From: Glycera tridactyla
Lineage: Eukaryota
Assembly (NCBI GenBank): GCA_965644265.1
Contig: OZ286463.1
Coordinates: 97,216,001 to 97,280,000 of the forward strand
Direction of reading: 5' to 3'
DNA length: 64,000 bases
Notes under the pieces: model-generated
Told to the model about the DNA's origin: nothing
The model's database searches: none
What the model saw: the letters and a program-made list of their open reading frames with translations, nothing else
Program-made: the position numbers and the translations under genes
In this document: positions 22,991-36,236 of the stretch, one piece after another
Position numbering within the stretch: the first letter of the stretch is position 1
How the letters are laid out: every line of letters starts with the position of its first letter

Positions 22991-25900
22991 ACCAGGGTAT
23001 CTTTCGCGACGGTTTGTGACAATAATTTAGCTTTCATCCTGATTGAGATGGATCCCATTTTATCTATCCACGAACATTCCGAGACTAGTTAGTTCCCATG
23101 CCACGTCGATAAATCGACATATGCTATCGATTCCCTCCTTTCTGTCATACATGGATTTGAACACGCGGTGATTCCTCCTTTTTCACCATCTTCTGCTTTT
23201 CTGAAGAAAACCTGATGTTTCAGTTGTAGCGGACACATTTCTTTCACAGACCTACAAGACACCAAGATGTCCCCGTCTTCGAATAAGGGCAATATCATAT
23301 TCTGATCGTTTGACATGCTGCATTTCGAATATTTTGTATAAGATAGAGTCTGTGGACCTTCATCATTTCATTAGCTTAGTGAGAATAAGGGAAAGATCAA
23401 CAGCTCTCTATAGTCAAAAGACGAAATAACTTGCCAAATAGGCTTCATCAGGTGTTCAAGATTCAACACATGAAAAAGTTATGATAAATCCAGTTCACAT
23501 GGGTAGGGACATAATGTTGGTTTCATCAGAGCAGTTTCGAATGACATAAGATTGGGATGAGGAAATCCGATCATGTTGGTGTCAGATGACTATGCTGTGA
23601 CGGTGTACAGTTCCAGGTCTTTTCACAGAAGACAGGTGATGACAGGAGCCTGGAGCACTATCCTGTTCTAGATATGTCCTTGCTAATCCAGTACCTGAAT
23701 GGTGCATCATTCAGTGAATGCCCTGATTGATAATACTCAAGAGCCCCATTTCATCTGACACCAACGCCCACAAAACCAAGATGCAGCGCCATCCATTTGC
23801 GTCTTCTGACATGAGGTAGTCGGAAGAGAAATTATTCGGTCATGTGGTACTGATTATCATCACCAATAGATTTCAATTGACTGAAATCACAATCCCTTAA
23901 TCATGATACCATCATGTCAATGACCATGCTGTCATAGTGTGACGACTATGCGATGGTCATGAGATTTCACTACTCGATACTTCCCCCCCCCCCCCCCATC
24001 GAATAGATGAAGAATGTTTACATGATATGAGATCCACAGAGACACGATGCACCATTCGCAATGGACAGTTAGGGTCATCGTCTGAAGTGAAGGTCTGCTC
24101 CTCAACATCCTGTTTTGGAAACATGCAAAATACTGAGTCTCACTGTGCGATTTGAAAAATCGAATTTATGGTTCGGGTCCCCATGATACCCATGCATTGA
24201 GGTACATAATAGCGGTCCAGGATTGAGGAGTAAATGGGTAATGAAAAGGGAGAATGGTGAAAGATTGTGCTATTCTATGGAATGGTTGGGGCTGACGATG
24301 ACCATCCGTATTGTGCAGGAGAGTGACCTCGAGGGCCATGTTCGTGGCTCCCTTCATGTATGCCTTCTCACAGTGTGGATGCAATAACGTGATTGATATT
24401 CATGCGCTGCTTCCTGGAAATAACCCTCCTCACCATGGACCAACACACCACCAAAAATAATCAACTGAGAAATCTCAATTAACAACGTCAACAAACACAT
24501 ACGATGAAAAATCAAGGATGACCTTGAATCAGGGGAACAAGTATCAAGAACAGAATCGTGTCATATATTCATGCTCTTGTCTCGGCAATTCAACTCTTCA
24601 GCTAAATTGATGTGCGACATCGATAGAGGTCATGAGTGTTGATTGTCACCACGGATTGAATGAGGAACTCTCCAGTCTATTCCCAGAAATGCCTGTTTAA
24701 TTGCGACTCGTTCTTCCCAAAAGTACCCTTCCTTTCTCCCATAACGTGTCAGGCGCATGCCCTGAATTCAGACTGCGAGCTTTACGGCAGAATGAGAGTA
24801 GGCTATGACAGACGCTTTACAATCCGCCATATCCATCCATTGGTTCATGCCCATGGTACACTTGAGTCAGTTTCCTGCTTCCTGGGAAGAAGAAGCAAAC
24901 AACAAATGATGCACCTGATCGTGATGAGGTGTTCATGTCACTCAATGAGACAGTAGGACAATGTACCACTCCGTTAATACCTTGATAATATTCTTATTCT
25001 TCCAGGGCGATATTGCCTTCATCAGTATGTCCTTACAATATCATATCACAGAAGTGAGTACAGAAAGCCAGTCGTTAAATATTTCGAGCTTGTATTCCTC
25101 AAATTGACTCAAGGCGGGAAGCTGGGATGAAGATGAGAATTGGTCCTATGAGATTTTTTGGACAAATAATCAGTATTGATGAGGGTGAAGGTGCTAGTTC
25201 AGTTCTCAATGGTTATGTCTGTGGTGGTAGTGGTTGAGAATGTGGAGGTGGTGTAATTTGTAGTTCGTTGGTATGAGTTCGTTGGTAGTAGGGGATGATA
25301 GTGCTGAAAGCAGTCCTGGTGACGTTGGTGTTAGACTGGATAGGAAGAACGGTGGTTGGGTATGTGTTGGATGCGCATCTAAAAATTCCCATTTTGGTTA
25401 GTTTTGCTCGAAATTCGGCACGGAGAATATTGTGTCAATGTTCGAATGTCCTTCATCGGTGATTTCAAAAAAAGCATCATCGTTCTTGTGAATCAAACAC
25501 AAAACACACATGGAGTAGACAATTCTGCTTACCGCGGGAGAGAGAGAAACCGCGGGGGGGGGGGGGGGGGGCGGAAAAGTCGGAAATGTCGGAGAATGAG
25601 AAATATTACTGGGAATTTGTGCTGTAATGATACAAAAACCATATACTAGCACCGCATAAACCTAGTGCTATACTGACTAATCTCCTCTGCTACAGATGAG
25701 ATGGGAAGCATCGCGTGCACCACATCCTTCCAGTCTGTCTGATCACTTCCTGTGAAGGGGGTCACTAAGAAGTATCTGATGCTCACAAGAAAGATCAGAG
25801 TCCAGAATCGAGGACACCCGGGATACGAGTCCTAGAAAACACCCACTGATCAGACCATGGCAGACATCTCGGACATCATCACATGACGACCAAAAATAGA

Positions 25901-27789
25901 ATATTGTGGCAGGCACGTGCAAGTCGTTAAAGAGCACCAAGGAAACGATTCGATTCGAGGAAACATACCATTCATGAGATTGGGCATCACTCATGCTGTG
26001 ATTATTCGCTTATTAAGCGAGGAGCATCCCGAACCTCGCCGCATGTATCGCATCACACCACACCACCACCCATATCTGGCTCGCTTCATTGCTTGCCACG
26101 CCAGTACGAGATTGTATACAGCTTTACGTTTACCTGAGAGGGGTGCTAGAGAGTCAAAATACGATGGAGCATACTACATTGTCAGTCATCTTTGTCATGG
26201 TCTTCATCTGACTCACACTACTCATCCCAATAGTATGATTCTACTGCATGGGAATGAACACTGAAAAAGACATCTAAAACAGTAGAATTTGTACCTACAT
26301 AGTCGAACCAATGAGTGATCAAACACGGGCCGAATTGCATACCTGATCCCGACATAGGAGAAAAAGATCATAGGACACTGATATCGTATGATATAGTGAT
26401 CATAGAGGTAGCAATGAAGTGTTACACTGTCACCTGCTTTACACAACCGCAGTAAACGAACTTACGACGACAAAGCTTGTAAACGAATTAATTCACTTGA
26501 TTTGATTCGGCTAGCATAATCCAATTTCAGACATGAATCCGAACTTCTAGGATGTCGTCAAGTGGGATCATGATACTCTTCCTCTGTACTCTATGAACGA
26601 AAGCTGCTAGAGACAGTATGCAACCCCTACCGTATCGCTGCATTCACACCAGCAATTATCAAACAGGGGTTTATGTCTGGTGCTTCTGCCCGCTATTCCA
26701 AGAATTTGTGACGTCTCCAATTCCATGATCGTTGGACGTACTCTTCGCGAAATAACGGTTATGTTCAGTCATAAGTGCAGTCATAAGCATCTTTTTTTTG
26801 TCTCGGATGGGCCTATTAGTTACTCTATCCAACCTGATGTGTAGAGTCAGTAATACCCATCATCGATGCTGGATGATGAAATGTCTGGATCACTGAATCA
26901 TATCGTTTTCCAGCTGATAACGAGACAACAAGACTTCTATGATTGGTGAACCACGTCCGTATTCAAAATAGTTCTATATCTATCTCAACCTCGTCTCGAC
27001 TAGGAGTGGGATGTAGTGCTTTCATCCCTCATTCATGCATGTATGCTCTTTCAACACAGATGGCTTGATCTTTCAGGGAAAGTGTTTTGATGTAGATGTT
27101 GGTTGCAAAATGGTAGTACTCTTGACGAGCGGAAATATACGAATATGAAGTGGGGACTAATGATTCGACCCCTACGTTAGCCTGGTTCCTGCTTCATTGT
27201 AGCCATGTGGCACTGAACGAGCTCAGCGGCCATTTATCAGGGATGTAGGTACAGTCAAATTGACGNNNNNNNNNNNNNNNNNNNNNNNNNNNNNNNNNNN
27301 NNNNNNNNNNNNNNNNNNNNNNNNNNNNNNNNNNNNNNNNNNNNNNNNNNNNNNNNNNNNNNNNNNNNNNNNNNNNNNNNNNNNNNNNNNNNNNNNNNNN
27401 NNNNNNNNNNNNNNNNNNNNNNNNNNNNNNNNNNNNNNNNNNNNNNNNNNNNNNNNNNNNNNNNNNNNNNNNNNNNNNNNNNNNNNNNNNNNNNNNNTGC
27501 TTACTCTAAGAAAATTCTTCATCGCGCGGAGATGAATTTATCTACCAATCTATCCCCAGGTTCATATGCTTGCAAACTTTCACTTGGATACTATGTCTCC
27601 CATTTTCCATTCTTCTGGTCCCCTTCCCTCGAATCAATTGGAGGGTGAAGATCAAATGATTCCCTAAATGGTAGCTGACATCAGTCGCAGGACAAGCATG
27701 CCGAGGTATCGCTATCAGGAAATGACGTATAGTAGCATCACCTCTTTTAACCATTCCAGGCAATATTCTGGGTTTCGAGAGAGTCCCGT

Positions 27790-28390
27790 TTTTTTCTCAA
27801 ATATTTGCGTGTATGGCCGGATTCGACATTGAATTTCGAACACAATGTGTCTACAACCTGCAACCTCGTAAGCCCTAGACTGAGTCCATTGAGAAGGATC
27901 AGACCTTTGATGTATATCAATCTATCAATATATCTCTTGAGAATACTGATACCGCCCATAACCAGCTATGTTGATGTCATATATGCTTGTATGAGTGTAA
28001 CCCTTTCACGCAAGCTAGATCTTCTACTCCACGTAGGCATCCCGCATTAGTTTACGCTGTGACTGGCGAACGCCCAAAGGCACACTTCATAAGGAATCTG
28101 GAATGTATTCTCTTTCCAAGGCAAGAGATATACACTTGCTATGTGATCTTCATAGAAATGCCAATATGAAAACTTCGGATAACTTTTGTGGGCTGTTCGA
28201 TGCTACCTTTATCTCAAGACAGCGTATGACAAGGGCAAAAAGCCACGGCCGTCTCCGTCTTCCTCAAACTAAGCTGAAGAAGACCGAAAACAGCTTTCTG
28301 CTACGAGAAGCAGCTCTGTGGAACAAGCTTAGCACTGACCCTCCGTCAATAGCTTCAGGCGAAGGCTGAAGAAGGAGCTACTCTGCCCTG
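27790..28390 (+). mobile_element. CR1/L2-group LINE ORF2 3' relic
   Basis: YLRVWPDSTLNFEHNV (~YLGVxLDxxLxFxxH), LRRIRPLM, ILIPPITSYVDVIY and MTRAKSHGRLRLPQTKLKKTENSFLLREAALWNKL. Stops and frameshifts. Confidence 0.85.
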
Positions 28391-31300
28391 ACGAACAAAC
28401 CTCAATGTATTGAAAACAGATTCCAGTAATCGCAGAACCCCACGCTAACCGCGGCCATTTGATAATTTCCTTGTCTCGTTGTACATACTTTTTTCCATGT
28501 ATTGATATGTTGAACGATGACGCCATCCTTGAGTTACCTTATGTACAGTATGTAATGTTCATGTTGTACAGTATGTCCGTTCTGTTCTTTTTTCCACTTT
28601 ATGTTTTTTTACGTTCTGTTCTGTACTGTCGTGTGAATAGGTAAAGCCTAAAGGAGGGACGACATGGTCAGTGACCTACCTTCTGCGAGTCTAGATGAAC
28701 TCTTTCAAACTCAAACCCCTTATCAACGAGTAATGTGCAAAGGGACGAACAAGTGGAGTTTGATATGCTACTACAAAAAGAGTTCAAAAGCCTGTGTGAT
28801 GACTGGACAGAGGCCGATAACAGGATGTATCTTTCAACGGAGGGGATGAATTGTGTAATGTGGCTGGATACCCCTTAGACGTGATCCGGGGCTTCTGGAT
28901 AGGCCATGACAGTTGCATGGCTTCTAGGTATCCGACGTAATTTGATTGATATCCAACATGTGCTGTTGGCAGACCCTCTAGCCATCCGTTTGCTGAATTA
29001 ACGACGGCTACCCAGAGGGACAAATTGAAAGGGTACCATCATGTCTACATTGAAGTCAATATGTACGAATGACTTTTACTGGAATATCTCCAGCCTTATC
29101 CGAATCATGAGGAAAGCTGCGAGACCTACTTTTCCAACTGCACCATATATTCCATGTCTGAGTAATTTCTGACACAACAGGTAATAGGTATACTTTCCCA
29201 TGCTGGCATTAATGGGTATTCAGTTGTGAGGACAGACATGAACAGGTGAGAAGTCTGATTAGGCGAACAGTATACTTGAGACGGAATATGTTGATCATTA
29301 TCCCTGATAGTGAAGAAACCTAGGATTGAACACATTTCCCGTAATGCCTGTTGTTGATTATGGCACCTTGATATGTCATTCTTGTAAATTCTGATTCAGC
29401 CGCGATATCCCATTGATAGCTTCAGAGTTTGAAATCGACAACAGCTGTTCGCCTTTCAATGAGTAGATATTTTTATTATGTGTAGTACCTTGGAATCACA
29501 CAATTCATATGTCATTGTATGCTTTTGTAATCCTTCCAAATTGAACTTGTCATCCGACAGGTATATAAGAGTATCCCCTCCTCCTTCTTGAGATGGAACC
29601 AATGGCTGGTTGTGAATTCTGATTCAAAGTCCCAAATCGAAAAAAAAAAACAGCAGGATGCAGCATTCCTGAAGTAACCGGGTTCTTCCTCCACTAACTG
29701 ATCAATGGTGCTGCCCCTGTAAAGTGTGTCATATGTCAGTCTCATTTGTCCAGCAGATGACGAAAAGGGCGATCAGTATCACATGTTGATCCTTTCGTGC
29801 AGCTGATTCAATTAGATAGAAATCAATCAATTGAATACCTTTTCATTTCTCGAACAACTGTTATCTTAATTATCGGTACTAAGCAGAAGGACTCGTAAAA
29901 GAGTTGCAAATATATATTCATTATTGCCTCTGGATAATATACGTCAAGAATTCATATGCAAAAGCAATTAAATATGGTAACATGTGAATTAATGAATATC
30001 ATATAAAATTTATGCATGAAGGGACAAAGTCACCACCAATCTCAAAATCCAAGTAATATCACTTATGAACAATATGAGTATACACACAACCAGTAAATAG
30101 TATACATGAATATAATAGTGGACTCAAGATCATTGTTACTTCAGGAAGTGTAACTTCACACATCACATGTACCCCATACATATCTCATACATCAGACAAA
30201 GTCAAGATCAAAATACCTCGGGCAGATACAAACTATCAAAAATCTTTAATGAGATTTAGCCTTGATTATAAAAGATATAAATCGAGTGATCACTATCATT
30301 TGTGGTCGAATGCTTGACTACAACGATGTCTCTTGTTCTTGAAGGTGTGTATCTTGATGACTAGGGCTGGGAACGGAACATGTGTTAAACACAAATGTCT
30401 TTACATTAGGTGCACTCATTCACTAAATGTCGAGCTCATAACTAGATATAAGGTACCAAAAGAATGAGTTTGGATTCCGTTGAATGTGTAGCCAAGATGA
30501 ACATCAAGTGTACTCTGATATCGTATGTGTATTGAGTGGGTTAGAGTTGAAGTTCTGACTCGAGTTGAAATCATGTCACCAGGTGAGCCATATATTCTTG
30601 GTGTATATCTCCATAGAACATATGGATGGTATCAATCATCTCTCATGGGAACTCGCTATCCCACAAAAGAGAGGAGCAGAAACTCGAGATGTCATAAGCT
30701 CTTGAAAATCACATATCTCCAGTGATCCTCAAGAACACAACTCATCCTCTGCATACAAAGAGCGCTAAGACCTGTTTGTTCTGTGAAGAAGAAAGCAACC
30801 TTCAGGCCAGGTGCATGGCGACAGGATGAAAAGATGTCCTGAAGAGTACCCCACACTCTCAGAATGCAGACACCCGAACGTCGTGATTGCTACAAGAGAC
30901 AAGAGTAGATATGTCCCACCAACTTGTTCAAATATCATGTTAAACATATCATCACAGGGTGATCACCTGAGTTCAATTGCTGTTGCCAGATCTTTTTTAG
31001 TAGGAATGCAGGATCTCACTGTAGCCCCACTAACTAAATAGCGCTTTACTGAATCGTAGGTTCTCAGAATTGAAGTCCATTTACTCAGAATATTTCAATG
31101 ATAGTTGAAAAAATTGTCAAAGACAATGTGCTAGTATTACCGTTGAGAAGAAATCTCCATGCCATGATCCATTATCAAAAGAGATCCTCTTTCATCTGAC
31201 TGGGTTATGATGCAGCAGCAATACTGTGATAAGGTTGAAGTCCGACTGTCTACAACTGAGAGCAAGCACACTTTTCAATATCAAAGACAAGAAAATTCCC

Positions 31301-34065
31301 TATCGAATTCAAATCAAATTTCGCATAAATCCAATAATTCAAATTTGATTTCAAAATTGATTAAATTTGGATTTATTTGAATGGAATTTCTTTAAAGACA
31401 GGTGGTCTCTACTGACAGCAAACGTAGTGGTTGTCACGCAACAAAGCAGGTGTCAAGATCTGAAAGTCACAACTGTCACAGTAATGCCAGTCTTAGTTCA
31501 TTCCAACAAGGTCTGGAACCAAGTTTGCTTCGCAAAATTCATGAATCCCAATTTCAACTTCATCTGAGTCAATGAAGGATGAATAAAGTCAAAATAATTA
31601 TGAATTATGAATTTGAATGAGCTAAAATCTTTCATATTTGCAGTCCAGTGTGTGACAAACCACAAAAATGCATGTGTTTACTTGGTAAGACTATGGGTCA
31701 GTCAAGTAAGCATCACACTAAGTCACTAGTGGAGCACTAAGTCGAATCTTACAAGTAGCGATAGAAACTAGTTGCTAAATTTCCAAATTGGCATTTCACA
31801 AAGAAGGGAATTCTATTCCGCTCACTTTCAAAGTCACTAGAAATGATTGAATTCAATCGGAAAGCATTTCGAGAAATTGAAAAGTGTTAAGTGGATCGAA
31901 ATATCAAAGTGAGGCATATCCAAATGGCGAACGAATATCCACAATGGCAGATTATTGGCATGACCTTGACCTGCTAGAATTTGACAGATCTTCCCAGAGA
32001 CTGAAACAAGCAATGTCTAGTCCTGAGTGAAAGTAATTTACAGCAGTTCATTTCCGGAGAAATCAAATTTCAAAAAAAAAAATTGATGGTGTGAAATTGT
32101 TCAAAATCGATTTTGCTTTGATATGGACACTCAACCTTAAATCAAAGATCAATTATGGTCACACATGACAGGTTGGTCGTTATACAGAGGTTTTGATAAA
32201 GAGGAGATCACGGGACATAGGAACAAGGCATAAGTTTGCTTCTCAGAGTAGTCTTTCTCTGAAGGGACAAATGTTTAGCCTGTCACAGCTGGTTAACAAC
32301 TAGTCCTCCATTGAATACAAAGCAGGCCTGAGTTTGTTTTACCCTCACCTATTCCCATAAAAACGAGAGAGCCATAAATACACCATCAGATTCTCCAATG
32401 ACATTTTGACAGTAACTTCATTCCGAATCAATTCCCATCAATGTGAATCATGTTATTATGAAAACAAAGCTTTTCAGGTTGAAAGAGTTCAACTATGTGT
32501 CCAATTATGAGACTAGCAGCAGTTCACCTGAGAAGTGACCTGGAAAAAACACAAGACATCGAGCATCATTGTTGGCGATAATCGCCCAACTGATGTCGGT
32601 TTCAGCTCTGCGAGCATGGACAAGGCCAAGCTGCTGATAGCAAAACACACAGAATTTATGAAACTTCACAACTGTTTCAGTCTGTATTTCAGCTGTGAAT
32701 GATTTGAAAGAAATATATCTTCCAAAATAAATATTTGACTTCAAATTCCCATGAGAAGATATGAAATTTGAATGATTTCAATCAAATATTCACTTATTCA
32801 CACAGATAATTCAGATTTCTTTTGAAAACAGCTTTTTGAGACGCATGCTTACCGTTACATTGCTGCCTTCCCCACCTCAAATAATGGAGCACTTCGTCTA
32901 TCTTGGCGTCTGTAATTCGCCTCTCATCTTCAGTGTATCCTCCCAACAACGACATGGCGTGTCATTCATACACACAATATATGGTTATGTATAGACATAT
33001 GCAGGCGTGGATTAATCACCTGTGACGTGTAGACATGTTGTTCGGTGATCTGTTACCATATTCAGATCGGAAAGACATTCCATATTGCAGTGAAAAGCTG
33101 ACAATCAAGGGTGAAAGATTCGAGGCAAGCAAGGGTTGAAGACGAATGTATCTTGACAGCAAGCTACACCGATTTCTATGGAAGGTAATTACGGCTGGTC
33201 TTGCATGGGTGCCTCCACTTGTTCTCAGTCGATGGCAAGCTTGTTCGGCGTAATTGGCTAATAGATTTTACAAAGTCTAGTATATTCACGGTCATGTCTT
33301 CCCATCCTACCATTAGTCTAGCCAGCGGTTTTACATGTCAGCCCACTCCAATCCTTCATTGGATCCGCCTGCAGAGACTCACATCATTGCTCAGACCATC
33401 AAAACCTGTCATTCGCCAAATAGGAAATATGCAAATGAATACGCTCAACTTGTTACTGTTATGGATCGTTATGTTCATTTCATTGTACAGACAGATAACA
33501 TCTGATCCATGTCCTTCCATAGCAAGCACATAACTCTGACCTACACTTATTCATCAAGCCGATTCTCTACACAGCCTGTATTCCTGATTCTCCCATTTTG
33601 ATCTGATTACTTCCATAGTCAGCACACAATTTGATCTCATGTATGCCATTCGGCCACTTGTCATTGGTGCGAATGATCGCGTGTACCTTCCGATGGTACC
33701 TTCATGTAGTCTGCCGAAAAAAAACGTATCCTGACAGAGACATGGCTCAAATTCGAAATTTTTCAGGAGGATCGGTGTAGACGAGTCTAGTTTCACAAAA
33801 GTGGACACCTAAGATTGAACCTAGGTAGTGCAATAGAACCTATACTAGGCAACCACTGCACTTTCTGATATTTCATGGAGTATTTCCCACTACCAGATCC
33901 TCTAACGAGATCATGATCGAACACAAAGAGCTTTTATGGGCCATGTATTTCAAATCACGAGGAGCTGAATCTTCTGCCTCCTGCAAGGGTCATTCTCACG
34001 AACCCTGATCATAAGATGATGTGAAACAGAAAAAAAAAATCGGAATCCTCTGAAGAATGGATGAT

Positions 34066-34980
34066 ATGGTTGACTATATGTAGGCAGGTCATCCAGATGA
34101 GATGTGAGTTATTCAAGTTGCCAAGAACTCCAGGCAAATAGTGACTGTATGGTTGACTATATGTAGGCAGGTCATCTAGATGAGATGTGAGTTATCCATG
34201 TTGCCAAGAACTCCATGCAAATAGTGACTGTATGGTTGACTATATGTAGGCGGGTCATCTAGATGAGATGTGAGTTATCCAAGTTGTCAAGAACTCCAGG
34301 CAAAGAGTGACTGTATGGTTGACTATGTGTAGGCAGGTCATCTAGATGAGATGTGAGTTATCCAAGTTGTCAAGAACTCCAGGCAAAGAGTGACTGTATG
34401 GTTGACTATGTGTAGGCAGGTCATCTAGATGAGATGTGAGTTATCCAAGTTGCCAAGAACTCCAGGCAAAAAGTGACTGTATGGTTGACTATGTGTAGGC
34501 AGGTCATCTAGATGAGATGTGAGTTATCCAAGTTGCCAAGAACTCCAGGCAAAGAGTGACTGTATGGTTGACTATGTGTAGGCAGGTCATCTAGATGAGA
34601 TGTGAGTTATCCAAGTTGCCAAGAACTCCAGGCAAAAAGTGACTGTATGGTTGACTATATGTAGGCAGGTCATCTAGATGAGATGTGAGATATTCAAGTT
34701 GCCAAGAACTCCATGCAAATAGTGACTGTATGGTTTACTATATGTAGGCAGGTCATCTAGATGAGATGTGAGTTATCCGAGTTGCCAAGAACTCCCAGCA
34801 AAGAGTGACTGTATGGTTGACTATATGTAGGCGAGTCATCTAGATGAGATGTGAGTTATCCAAGTTGCCAAGAACTCCATGCAAATAGTGACTGTATGGT
34901 TGACTATATGTAGGCGGGTCATTTAGATGAGATGTGAGTTTTTCAAGTTGCCAAGAACTCCAGGCAAATAGTGACTGCAT
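34066..34980. repeat. 83-bp minisatellite, 11 copies
   Basis: Consensus atggttgactatatgtaggcaggtcatctagatgagatgtgagttatccaagttgccaagaactccaggcaaatagtgactgt; period 83 (34066 to 34149); copies are highly similar. Confidence 0.97.
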
Positions 34981-35238
34981 GAAAATGTATGTCGCAGTGA
35001 AATGATTATTTCCACATTTTTCATAACATCGGACGATGGAGATTAATGTTTCGATCTAGTCGACCCTGAGCAAAATTTACTAGACACCGGTCGGATGGTA
35101 TTCCCTCTGGATCTTATTCTGGTTGAAGCCTTATCAAATCACCGTTCAACGGTCATGAGTGTAACCTAGCATGGGATATTATATTTATCATGACGTCAGA
35201 TTTGTCGGTCTGATTTATTATTATGGTTGTCACGTGAT

Positions 35239-36236
35239 TCCATTCGTCATATCTGTCCGTCTAATGTATTGTTTTGTGTGTCTTGTGTTTCCATTCGTCA
35301 CATTTGTCAGTCTAATGTATTGTTTTGTGTGTCTTGTGTTTCCATTCGTCACATTTGTCGGTCTAACGTATTGTTTTGTGTGTCTTGTGTTTCCATTCGT
35401 CATATCTGTCCGTCTAATGTATTGTTGTGTGTCTTGTGTTTCCATTCGTCACATTTGTCCGTCTAACGTATTGTTTTGTGTGTCTTGTGTTTCCATTCTT
35501 CATATCTGTCCGTCTAATGTATTGTTTTGTGTCTTGTGTTTCCATTCGTCACATTTGTCGGTCTAATGAATTGTTTTGTGTGTCTTGTGTTTCCATTCGT
35601 CATATCTGTCCGTCTAATGTATTGTTGTGTGTCTTGTGTTTCCATTCATCACATTTGTCGGTCTGATGAATTGTTTTGTGTGTCGTGTGTTTCCATTCGT
35701 CACATTTGTCGGTCTAACGTATTGTTTTGTGTGTCTTGTGTTTCCATTCGTCATATCTGTCCGTCTAATGTATTGTTGTGTGTCTTGTGTTTCCATTCGT
35801 CATATCTGTCCGTCTAATGTATTGTTGTGTGTCTTGTGTTTCCATTCGTCACATTTGTCCGTCTAACGTATTGTTTTGTGTGTCTTGTGTTTCCATTCTT
35901 CATATCTGTCCGTCTAATGTATTGTTTTGTGTCTTGTGTTTCCATTCGTCACATTTGTCGGTCTAATGAATTGTTTTGTGTGTCTTGTGTTTCCATTCGT
36001 CATATCTGTCCGTCTAATGTATTGTTGTGTGTCTTGTGTTTCCATTCATCACATTTGTCGGTCTGATGAATTGTTTTGTGTGTCTTGTGTTTCCATTCGT
36101 CACATTTGTCGGTCTAATGTATTGTTTTTTGTGTCTTGTATTTTCATTCGTCACATTTGTCGGCCTAATGTATTGTTTTGTGTGTCTTGTGTTTCCATTC
36201 GTCACATTTGTCAGTCTAATGTATTGTTTTGTGTCT
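35239..36236. repeat. 49/51-bp minisatellite, about 20 copies, with a higher-order 400-bp duplication
   Basis: Unit tccattcgtca(t/c)at(c/t)tgtc(c/g)gtctaa(t/c)gtattgttttgtgtgtcttgtgtt. Translations of ORFs 35427-35666 and 35827-36066 are identical. Confidence 0.97.

Noticed and set aside
24560-25380. Possible Penelope RT relic on the minus strand, with a CTGATGA near 25020
   Set aside because: Motif matches are too weak, and the core is followed by GGAAG rather than GAAA with an imperfect stem.
28740-28880. About 48-codon protein-like stretch (NVQRDEQVEFDMLLQKEF...)
   Set aside because: Bounded by stops, no recognisable motif, and too short to support a call.
34066-36236. CRISPR or coding repeats in the 83-bp and 50-bp arrays
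   Set aside because: No spacers, eukaryotic context, and unit lengths (83, and mixed 49/51) do not maintain a reading frame. The ORFs there are repeat artefacts.
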